Under the pieces are notes generated by a model. The model searched no databases. It was not told the origin of the DNA and saw only the letters and a program-made list of their open reading frames with translations. Positions 19,221 to 26,908 of a DNA stretch of 32,000 nucleotides are shown one piece after another (the first letter of the stretch is position 1; every line of letters starts with the position of its first letter). The position numbers and the translations under genes are program-made. Origin of the DNA: Prochlorococcus marinus str. NATL2A (lineage in GTDB: Bacteria > Cyanobacteriota > Cyanobacteriia > PCC-6307 > Cyanobiaceae); the NCBI RefSeq assembly GCF_000012465.1, contig NC_007335.2, forward strand, positions 720,001 through 752,000, in the 5' to 3' direction.

Positions 19221-20315
19221 ATGAGCGCTAATCGTCTACCAGTTACGGTAGTTACAGGATTCTTAGGTTCTGGTAAAACAACTCTCTTGAGGCATCTTTT
19301 ACGTGAAGGGAATCAACGTCTAGCTGTAGTTGTTAATGAATTTGGAACAGTTGGTTTAGATGGAGACCTTCTTAAAAACTGTGGGCTTTGCCCTGATGAT
19401 GAAGTAGATGAAAGAATAGTTGAGTTAAATAATGGCTGCTTATGTTGCACTGTTCAAGAGGACTTCCTTCCTGCAATGGAAGCTTTGCTTCTTAGATCAA
19501 ATCAGCTTGATGGAATCATTATTGAAACCAGTGGGCTTGCTTTGCCAAAGCCTTTACTTCAAGCTCTTAATTGGCCGGCAATAAGAAATAAGGTTTTTAT
19601 TAATGGAGTCGTCACTTTAGTTGATGGATATGCTCTCTCAAATGGAAGCCCAGTAAGTGATTTAAAGAGTATTAATGAACAGATGACAAATGATAATAGT
19701 ATTGATCACATAACTCCAATAGATGAGCTTTTTAGAGATCAATTGATCTCTGCTGATCTTGTACTAGTTAGTAGGTCTGATTTGCTTTCTGCGAAAGATT
19801 TTTTATTTGTCGAAGAAGAGGTAAAAAAACGAGGAAATTCAAATGCTAATGTTCTGCCTATATCAAATGGAATAATTGAACCATCAGTCATTCTTGGTCT
19901 TTGTAAAGAACAAAATAATATTTATCGTCTAGATCAAAATAACCAAAACCAAAACCAAAACCAAAACCATGACCATGACCATGACCATGACCATGACCAT
20001 GACCATGTTGATGTAATTAGTGATCATTTAAGAATGGAAACCCCAATTGATCAAGATGTTTTGAGAGAGATGTTTTTGAGACTTGTCCCGGAATATCAAA
20101 TTCTTCGAGTAAAAGGTAAATGCTGGATTGAAGGCAAAGCCTTGCCTCTTCAGATCCAAATGGTTGGCCCACGATTTAATTCATGGTTTGAGGCGGCTAA
20201 TGAAAACGCTTGGCAACCTCGTCAGTCAGGTATTGATATTGTCTTTTTGAGTTTGAGAGAGGGAGTTAAAGAAGCTGTTGTAAATTCTTTATGCATAAGC
20301 ACTCGTATAAAGTAA
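19221..20315 (+). CDS. COG0523 (CobW/YjiA/ZigA-like) G3E-family metallochaperone GTPase with His/Asp-rich insert
   Basis: P-loop GFLGSGKTTLL, metal-binding GCLCC (CxCC), ETSGLA switch, NQNQNQNQN-HDHDHDHDHDHDH linker, CobW C-terminal domain. Confidence 0.85.
   Translation: MSANRLPVTVVTGFLGSGKTTLLRHLLREGNQRLAVVVNEFGTVGLDGDLLKNCGLCPDDEVDERIVELNNGCLCCTVQEDFLPAMEALLLRSNQLDGIIIETSGLALPKPLLQALNWPAIRNKVFINGVVTLVDGYALSNGSPVSDLKSINEQMTNDNSIDHITPIDELFRDQLISADLVLVSRSDLLSAKDFLFVEEEVKKRGNSNANVLPISNGIIEPSVILGLCKEQNNIYRLDQNNQNQNQNQNHDHDHDHDHDHDHVDVISDHLRMETPIDQDVLREMFLRLVPEYQILRVKGKCWIEGKALPLQIQMVGPRFNSWFEAANENAWQPRQSGIDIVFLSLREGVKEAVVNSLCISTRIK
19941..20006 (+). repeat. Two abutting perfect hexanucleotide microsatellites, (AACCAA)x4.5 then (CATGAC)x6.5, in frame inside the COG0523 gene
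   Basis: Read directly: AACCAA units at 19941-19967 encode (NQ)n; CATGAC units at 19968-20006 encode (HD)6H. No synonymous variation between units. Confidence 0.95.
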
Positions 20316-20434
20316 TTTCCCATACTTATGTTAAAAATCGGTTGTTTTTTTTGTTTTTCCCGCGATTCTGTGTGAGTTAGGAGATAATTCTCTCTACAAA
20401 CGAAATTAATAGCTTCCAAGCGGACATCATCGTC

Positions 20435-20620
20435 GTGAGCCAAGCATCTTCTGCTACCAAAAAACATAAAGTTCAAAGTATTGCTAGTACTCTGATCAAA
20501 ATTACCTGTGATAAATGTGGAGGTAACGGTTACATGAAAACTAGTGCAAATTGTTATCACACCTGTCTTCCATGCCTAGGAAAAGGATACGTAGATGTGC
20601 AGAAAGAAAATATCAATTAG
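20435..20620 (+). CDS. Small DnaJ-type zinc-finger protein (two CxxCxGxG motifs)
   Basis: 61 aa, GTG start; it is the only ATG/GTG/TTG start that keeps both motifs after the in-frame TAG at 20378-20380. Motifs are CDKCGGNG and CLPCLGKG. Lies 119 nt downstream of the COG0523 gene. Confidence 0.5.
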   Translation: MSQASSATKKHKVQSIASTLIKITCDKCGGNGYMKTSANCYHTCLPCLGKGYVDVQKENIN

Positions 20621-20707
20621 AAATTTATCAAATATTATCTAGAATGATTCTGCAAGCTTATTAACTTGGGTTAACCAAGGAAAGTAAAATTCCATTGATT
20701 TTTAAAA

Positions 20708-20980
20708 GTGTCTTTATTTAAAGCAAGAGTTTTTGTTCATTTAAGACCTTCTGTTTTGGATCCAGCTGGAGAAGCTACTAGGTCAGCCACAAAGAGATTA
20801 GGAATAGATGGAGTTACTCAGCTAAGAATTGGTAAATCTATTGAACTTGAGATAGAAGCAGCAGACAAGGATGATGCACGTTCGAAGATTGAGTTAATGA
20901 GTGATCGATTACTTGCAAACCCCGTAATTGAGGATTGGACTTTGGAATTTAAGGACGAACAGAAAGCACTTAAGAATTAA
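20708..20980 (+). CDS. purS: Phosphoribosylformylglycinamidine synthase subunit PurS
   Basis: 90 aa, GTG start. [14 protein letters not shown] is the typical PurS N-terminus. Directly upstream of purQ. Confidence 0.85.
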   Translation: MSLFKARVFVHLRPSVLDPAGEATRSATKRLGIDGVTQLRIGKSIELEIEAADKDDARSKIELMSDRLLANPVIEDWTLEFKDEQKALKN

Positions 20981-20985
20981 ATAAT

Positions 20986-21639
20986 ATGAATATCGGAATT
21001 ATTGTTTTTCCTGGATCAAATTGCGACAGGGATGTTAGGTGGGCTACTGAGGGATGCCTTGGAGTTCCTACAAGTTTTCTTTGGCATGAGACTACTGATT
21101 TAGATGGTTTTGACGCGATTGTCATCCCTGGGGGTTTTAGTTATGGAGATTATCTACGTTGTGGAGCCATTGCAAGGTTTGCCCCTGTTTTAAATTCTTT
21201 AATCTCTTTTGTTGATAAAGGTGGAAAAGTTCTTGGCATTTGCAATGGGTTTCAAATACTTACTGAACTAGGACTCTTGCAAGGAGCTTTGACAAGAAAT
21301 AAGAACCTTCATTTTATTTGTGATAGAGCAAATTTATCTATTGAAAGTACAAAATCTACTTGGATGAAAAACTATAAAAAACATGATTCTATTTCACTAC
21401 CTATTGCACATGGAGAGGGGAGATATCAATGTAGTTCTGACGTCTTAAAAAAATTGCAGGATGATGACTCGGTTGCTCTTAGATACGCAGATAATCCAAA
21501 TGGATCAATTCATGATATTGCTGGAATCACAAATAAAAAGGGAAATGTTTTGGGGATGATGCCACATCCTGAAAGAGCTTGTGATGATGCTTTGGGCGAT
21601 ATTGATGGTAAATCAATTCTTAGTACTCTCCTTTCTTGA
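20986..21639 (+). CDS. purQ: Phosphoribosylformylglycinamidine synthase glutaminase subunit PurQ
   Basis: 217 aa. Catalytic GICNGFQ Cys and the MPHPER His/Glu motif. Confidence 0.9.
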   Translation: MNIGIIVFPGSNCDRDVRWATEGCLGVPTSFLWHETTDLDGFDAIVIPGGFSYGDYLRCGAIARFAPVLNSLISFVDKGGKVLGICNGFQILTELGLLQGALTRNKNLHFICDRANLSIESTKSTWMKNYKKHDSISLPIAHGEGRYQCSSDVLKKLQDDDSVALRYADNPNGSIHDIAGITNKKGNVLGMMPHPERACDDALGDIDGKSILSTLLS

Positions 21640-21658
21640 ATTTATAAATCTAAGCATT

Positions 21659-21695
21659 AAAAAAGCTGCTATCAAAAAGAGATAGCAGCTTTTTT
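21659..21695. terminator. Bidirectional intrinsic terminator between convergent purQ and fda
   Basis: AGCTGCTATC (21664-21673) pairs with GATAGCAGCT (21681-21690) around a 7-nt loop. Flanked by an A-run on the left and a T-run on the right, so a U-tract follows the hairpin on both strands. Confidence 0.75.
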
Positions 21696-21707
21696 AGCTG
21701 ATCTGGT

Positions 21708-22775
21708 TTAGTACTTGTATCCAGCTACAAATAACTGTTCATCAGAAGAAGGCTGAGAACCTGCAACATACAATCCTTTTGATGCCTCAGAGTTTGCTTG
21801 AGCCCTTGCAATAAGTGCTTTTTGTCCATCAGCAGTATTGCTGCCTTTCCATGCTTTTAGACATGAATGTTGCAAAGCACGACCATATGAGAATGAAACA
21901 TTCCACTTAGCCTTTCTGTCGATCTTATTCATCAGATTTAAATAAACTGATGCTGCTTCCTCGCTCAAGCCACCTGAAAGGAAAGTAATACCAGGTACAC
22001 TTGCTGGTACGCATCGTTCCATTGTACGTATTGTCATCTCAGCGACTTGCTGTGGATCAGCTTTTGTTGAGCTGTCAGCACCTTGTACTGTCATTGATGG
22101 CTTTAGGAGAGTTCCTTCTAGAAGAACTCCGTTTACTTGGCAAGCTAGATAAACTTCCTTGATTACTTCTTCTTGGACTGCTGCAGTCTTTTCAATTGAA
22201 TGTGAACCGTCCATTAGGATTTCTGGTTCAATAATTGGAACTAAGCCAGATTCTTGTACTGATCTAGCGTATCTAGCTAAACCCCAAGCATTTTCCCTTA
22301 TAGAAAGTTTAGAAGGACAACCATCATCTGTTATTTGAAGTACTGCTCTCCATTTTGCGAATCTTGCACCTTGCTCGTAGTAGTCAGCAGCTCTTTCAAC
22401 AAGTCCATCTAATCCTGAGCAGAAGGTCTCAACATCATGGCCACCGGCTAATGGTCTTAGACCTTTATCAACCTTGATTCCTGGGATAATGCCTAACTTT
22501 TCAAGCTTCTTAACCATTGGCTCACCATCAGGATGGTTTTGGAAAAGAGTTTCTTCAAAAAGAATTGCTCCACTTATGAAGTTTCCAAGACCTTCTGTTG
22601 TGAAAAGCATACCTCTATAAGCTTTTCTGTTCTCTTCAGAGTTCTCAACACCAATTGAAGCAAGCCTTTTACCTACTGTTTTCGTTGACTCATCAACAGC
22701 AAGAATCCCTTTGCCTGGCTGGGCTATGGCACTTGCGGTCTTCTTTAGTTCTTCTGCGTAGTACGAGAGTGCCAT
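21708..22775 (-). CDS. fda: Class I (Schiff-base) fructose-bisphosphate aldolase
   Basis: 355 aa. ILAVDES and the Schiff-base lysine context LLKPSMTV. C-terminal Tyr, typical of class I FBA. Confidence 0.9.
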   Translation of the reverse strand: MALSYYAEELKKTASAIAQPGKGILAVDESTKTVGKRLASIGVENSEENRKAYRGMLFTTEGLGNFISGAILFEETLFQNHPDGEPMVKKLEKLGIIPGIKVDKGLRPLAGGHDVETFCSGLDGLVERAADYYEQGARFAKWRAVLQITDDGCPSKLSIRENAWGLARYARSVQESGLVPIIEPEILMDGSHSIEKTAAVQEEVIKEVYLACQVNGVLLEGTLLKPSMTVQGADSSTKADPQQVAEMTIRTMERCVPASVPGITFLSGGLSEEAASVYLNLMNKIDRKAKWNVSFSYGRALQHSCLKAWKGSNTADGQKALIARAQANSEASKGLYVAGSQPSSDEQLFVAGYKY

Positions 22776-22916
22776 TTATGCAACAAAAATTTCATTAAGA
22801 TTATTCCATATTGAAGGCCCCTTTTGTTGCTTATTACACTTAAAAAGTTTTTTATTTTTTTTTAATCCAATAATTAATTCTAAAAATTATTTTTACTTGA
22901 GTTGAATTGGATTTCT

Positions 22917-24017
22917 TCAATTGATTTCTATCTTCATACCTATTGAGTTTGATTCCTTTACCTTATCGCAAACTATTTGGCTAGCTAATCCCTCTACTAA
23001 GCCTGGAATTACTGGGGTTCCATCTGCAATACTTTGAGCCCACCAGTTTTGTATTCTTGCTACTGGAGCTATTCGACCATCTGTCCATATTTTTGAAAAA
23101 GATAGGTCAGAGTCAGGTTGGATATTTTTAAGAACGTCTCCTTTGTTTGAGTACCAAAGCCCAAATCCGTGAACATAATCGTTCTGGTTCTCGCTGCTAA
23201 GAACAAGAGTTCCATTGCTTCCATAGATTTCCAGACTAAAACCCCTGCTTTGTTTTGTTACTGCAGATAAATTTACTTGGGCTGGAATTAAATTGTTGTT
23301 AATGCTTTTTATTTGTAGTTGAGAAATACTTACATCTTCACTTGTCACTTTTTTAATGGTTTTTGATTGTGGACACTCTCTTTCTTCAATTGAAGTTGAA
23401 TTTATTGCGCTCAAAGAATGAGTAGGACCAATTAGCCAATGAATCATGTCAAAAGCATGGGTTCCCAAGGCTCCCAGTACCCCTCCACCAGAATTTTCAT
23501 CTGAATACCAATTCCATGGCCTATCTGGATTAGCCCTGCTACTCATTAGCCAATCAAGCTTTACAAAATATGGTTCATCTAGTTTCTTCTCGGTAATTAT
23601 TCGCTTTGCTTGCATGAATAGCGGAACGGCACGATATTCGTAATCAACAGCTATTTTTAAATTTCTTTTGAGAGCGTTTCTTTGAAGCTCCATCACCTCA
23701 TAAGCATTTAAACAAGTTGGCTTTTCAAGTAAAAGATGTTTTCCTCCTTTAATTGCCTCTAGTGCAAGCTCGTATCTGGGTGCTGGCGGAGTAGCTATGA
23801 TTATTCCATCTACTTTGGAATCATTTACTAAATCCTCCCAGGTCTCGTAGGCACGAAGATTGTGCTTATTGCAGGCTTCTTTAAGCCTTTCTGGCCGAGG
23901 ATGCCACAATCCCACAAGCTCAATATTCTTATTAGATAATGATGCAGGAATATGAACACTTTCACCGAAACCTAGCCCTGCAATTGCTATGCGAATCGGA
24001 TGATCTGTATTGATCAT
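22917..24017 (-). CDS. Gfo/Idh/MocA-family NAD(P)-dependent oxidoreductase
   Basis: N-terminal Rossmann IRIAIAGLGFG, EKP motif (LLLEKP) and a C-terminal alpha/beta domain. Confidence 0.75.
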   Translation of the reverse strand: MINTDHPIRIAIAGLGFGESVHIPASLSNKNIELVGLWHPRPERLKEACNKHNLRAYETWEDLVNDSKVDGIIIATPPAPRYELALEAIKGGKHLLLEKPTCLNAYEVMELQRNALKRNLKIAVDYEYRAVPLFMQAKRIITEKKLDEPYFVKLDWLMSSRANPDRPWNWYSDENSGGGVLGALGTHAFDMIHWLIGPTHSLSAINSTSIEERECPQSKTIKKVTSEDVSISQLQIKSINNNLIPAQVNLSAVTKQSRGFSLEIYGSNGTLVLSSENQNDYVHGFGLWYSNKGDVLKNIQPDSDLSFSKIWTDGRIAPVARIQNWWAQSIADGTPVIPGLVEGLASQIVCDKVKESNSIGMKIEIN

Positions 24018-24038
24018 TCTTTTAAATAATTTATGAGT

Positions 24039-24443
24039 TTAAACATTTTCGCAGCTATCTGAAATCACATCATCTAATAGTTTATCCCCATTAGGGTCTT
24101 CCCATTTTGGGTATAAATTTTTTTTACCATTAACTGAAATATCTTTGAATTTATTAGTCATACAATTGATTTTCATTATATAAATATTCTCCTCTATTTC
24201 CTTTGAAGTACTAGGGGCGATTTTTATGTATTTTGTAGTTAGTTCTATTATTCCATTTTCTTCAATATTAATACTATCTCTATCTAAATATTGAACTCCC
24301 GTAGGCATTCGACTAACTTCAACCCAATTAGTATTGGCTCCATATACTATATTTGTACTATTGAAAAAAATTAATAATATTAACACTAATATATTCAAGA
24401 GTAGATCAAATTTATTTTTTATTTTTTGATTTATTTTAAGCAT
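24039..24443 (-). CDS. Small secreted protein, unknown function
   Basis: 134 aa. Signal peptide ending VYG-AN. Mature part carries W..V....YLDRDSI and two Cys. Start overlaps the accD stop by 8 nt. Confidence 0.5.
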   Translation of the reverse strand: MLKINQKIKNKFDLLLNILVLILLIFFNSTNIVYGANTNWVEVSRMPTGVQYLDRDSINIEENGIIELTTKYIKIAPSTSKEIEENIYIMKINCMTNKFKDISVNGKKNLYPKWEDPNGDKLLDDVISDSCENV

Positions 24444-25320
24444 TAGTTTGTAATTTTACTACTTGTGTCTTATGTAATCGAAGTATCTTTGCCAAAGTTT
24501 CTTTAAGTTCTGTTCTTGGTACAATGGTATCTACGAAACCATGATCTTGAAGATATTCTGCTGTTTGAAAATTATCAGGAAGTTTTTCTCTAAGTGTTTG
24601 TTCAATTACTCTTCTCCCTGCAAATCCAATAAGTGCTTTGGGTTCTGCAAGTATTAAATCTCCAAGCATTGCAAAACTAGCAGTAACTCCTCCAGTGGTG
24701 GGATGTGTAAGTAAAGGCATATAGAGCAACTGTGCATCTCTATGTCGTTCAAGCGCCCCTGAAATTTTTGCCATTTGCATCAGACTTAACATCCCTTCTT
24801 GCATTCGCGCACCACCCGAAGCGCAAACAATTAGCAATGGCAGCTTTTCTTTGGTTGAATGTTCGATAAGCCTTGTGATCTTCTCTCCTACAACAGATCC
24901 CATTGAGCCACCCATGAATCTGAAGTCCATTACGGCTAGTGCCATAGGAATAGAATTAACTTCGCATGTCCCTGTTAAAACACCATCTTTAAGACCAGTG
25001 CCAGCTTGACTTTCTCTTAGCCTGTCTGCGTAAGCTCGTCGATCTTTAAAACCAAGAGGGTCAACTGGAGTTAAATGATTATTGATTGATTTGAATGTAT
25101 TTGGATCAGAAATTAGTCTTATTCTCTCTTTACTATCTATTCGATTGTGATGCCCACAGTTACTACAAACACTGCAATTATCTATTAAATCTTTTCTATA
25201 AACTACTTGTCCGCATTCTGGACATTTTTCCCATAGTCCATCACTTTCTTCAGATTCCTGAGTGACTTTGCCAACAAATTGGCCTTTCCTTCTATCAGCA
25301 AACCAGTCGAATAATGACAC
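24436..25320 (-). CDS. accD: Acetyl-CoA carboxylase carboxyltransferase beta subunit
   Basis: N-terminal Zn ribbon CPECGQ...CSNCGHH and a carboxyltransferase domain with GGSMG and GGARMQEG. Confidence 0.95.
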   Translation of the reverse strand: MSLFDWFADRRKGQFVGKVTQESEESDGLWEKCPECGQVVYRKDLIDNCSVCSNCGHHNRIDSKERIRLISDPNTFKSINNHLTPVDPLGFKDRRAYADRLRESQAGTGLKDGVLTGTCEVNSIPMALAVMDFRFMGGSMGSVVGEKITRLIEHSTKEKLPLLIVCASGGARMQEGMLSLMQMAKISGALERHRDAQLLYMPLLTHPTTGGVTASFAMLGDLILAEPKALIGFAGRRVIEQTLREKLPDNFQTAEYLQDHGFVDTIVPRTELKETLAKILRLHKTQVVKLQTNA

Positions 25321-25371
25321 TGCTATTTTGTGATTGAAATTAATTTAATACCTTGAGTCCCCTTAAAGGGA

Positions 25372-25857
25372 TTACAAAGTTTGAATCTTATCTATAATCC
25401 ATGAAGAAAATATCCCAATTGATAGAAAAGGCGCAAATGGATACTGTTCAAATGGTATAAATCTTTTAGTAATTTTTCCATGTAAACTATATATAGCTGA
25501 AAGTAAAAATGAAATACACAATGACAAAAAGCTGAATTCAATACCAAGCCATATTGTACTAATTGAAGAGAGTTTTATATCACCCAGGCCTAATGAATTT
25601 ATTCCAAAGATTTTATAGCTTATATAACTTATTGAATACATTATTATGAAGATAATAATCATTGATAAAGAATTATTTGTTATTAAGTCTGTAATATCTA
25701 TTTTGTCGTTTGACAAGCCTAGACATGCCAAGTAAATAATACCTGATAGGGCAAAGATTATTAATTTACTTTCACTTATTAGCATTGTGTTTATATCTTC
25801 TATCGATATAGAAAACAAAATATATAAAAGTATAAAAGTAAACGATATGATAATCAC
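25372..25857 (-). CDS. Short A24-family (prepilin peptidase-like) aspartyl membrane protease, peptidase domain only
   Basis: 161 aa with 5-6 TMs. First Asp context SIEDINTMLI, second Asp in GLGDIKL (GxGDxKL). No N-terminal methyltransferase or Zn region. Confidence 0.55.
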   Translation of the reverse strand: MIIISFTFILLYILFSISIEDINTMLISESKLIIFALSGIIYLACLGLSNDKIDITDLITNNSLSMIIIFIIMYSISYISYKIFGINSLGLGDIKLSSISTIWLGIEFSFLSLCISFLLSAIYSLHGKITKRFIPFEQYPFAPFLSIGIFSSWIIDKIQTL

Positions 25858-25918
25858 TATTAATTATTTACTTTATCTATCAATAATAGATATTATTAGC
25901 TTTGATTGATTGAATTTG

Positions 25919-26821
25919 TTATCCTGCCGCCTTTTTCTCTTCTATCATTTTATGAATAATAGGTGTAAGAATAAGCTCCATAGCAAATCCCATTTTCCCT
26001 CCGTTAACAACAATACTTGTAGGACTTGACATGAAGGAATCGTGAATCATTCCTAATAAGTACTGGAAGTCAATTCCCCATTTTTCTCTTGAACCTTTTC
26101 TGAAATGAATAATTACGAAGCTTTCGTCAGGTGTTGGAATGTTTCTGCAGATAAATGGGTTGGACGTATCAATGGTCGGTACTCTCTGGAAGTTAATATC
26201 TGTAAGGCTAAATTGCGGACATATGTGATTAATGTAATCAGGCATTCTTCTCAGAATCGTATCTACGATAGTTTCGGCTGAGTATCCCCTTTCTGCGTTA
26301 TCTCTATGGATTTTTTGTATCCATTCGAGATTGGTAATTGGTACTACACCAACAAGTAAATCAGCGAATGAGGCCACATCATAATCTTTTCCTACTACTC
26401 CACCATGTAGTCCCTCGTAAAACAAAAGGTCGGTTCCTGTTGGAATATCTTCCCAGGGAGTGAATTGACCTGGATCTAATTTTGTTCCTAAACGAGTGTT
26501 GTGTTCCTCGGCTTCTTCTGGGCTATGTAAATAATATCTTTTCTGACCCCCGCCAGTTTTTCCATATTGACTGAATAGGTCTTCTAATTTGTCGAATAAA
26601 TTTGCCTCTGGTCCAAAATGAGAAAAGTTTTCACCTCTTGAAAGTGCCTCAGACATTGCCTTTTTCATAGGCATTCTTTCAAAACGGTGATAACTATCTC
26701 CTTCAACAACTGCAGGAACAATCTTTTCCCGAGCAAATATATGCTCAAAAGCTCTTTTAACGGTGCTTGTTCCTGCTCCTGATGAACCAGTTACAGCTAC
26801 TACTGGGTGAAGCTTTGACAT
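25919..26821 (-). CDS. prk: Phosphoribulokinase, class I (proteobacterial CbbP-like) sequence type
   Basis: 300 aa. P-loop VTGSSGAGTSTV, EGDSYHRF, EWIQKIHRDNAERGY, TDINFQRVP. Closely resembles Rhodobacter-type PRK as recalled. Lacks the DSGCGKST P-loop of class II PRK. Confidence 0.9.
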   Translation of the reverse strand: MSKLHPVVAVTGSSGAGTSTVKRAFEHIFAREKIVPAVVEGDSYHRFERMPMKKAMSEALSRGENFSHFGPEANLFDKLEDLFSQYGKTGGGQKRYYLHSPEEAEEHNTRLGTKLDPGQFTPWEDIPTGTDLLFYEGLHGGVVGKDYDVASFADLLVGVVPITNLEWIQKIHRDNAERGYSAETIVDTILRRMPDYINHICPQFSLTDINFQRVPTIDTSNPFICRNIPTPDESFVIIHFRKGSREKWGIDFQYLLGMIHDSFMSSPTSIVVNGGKMGFAMELILTPIIHKMIEEKKAAG

Positions 26822-26908
26822 CGACGCTTATGTATTGACTTTCATTTTTACAGGTCAACTGACCCTCAAAGTGAAACTATTCGAAGAGTTTTTTAATTTG
26901 TGAACTAA

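Noticed and set aside
20370-20383. GTGTGAGTTAGGAG in the spacer after the COG0523 gene resembles the reverse complement of the conserved Yfr1 sRNA motif (ACUCCUCACAC, as I recall it).
   Set aside because: The match is interrupted by a 3-nt insertion. I see no flanking stem-loops or terminator typical of Yfr1, so there is insufficient evidence for an sRNA gene.
20222-20560. 112-aa minus-strand ORF spanning the 3' end of the COG0523 gene and the small zinc-finger ORF.
   Set aside because: It overlaps a well-supported CDS and has no motifs. The plus-strand zinc-finger frame has structured Cys spacing, which is less likely to arise by chance.
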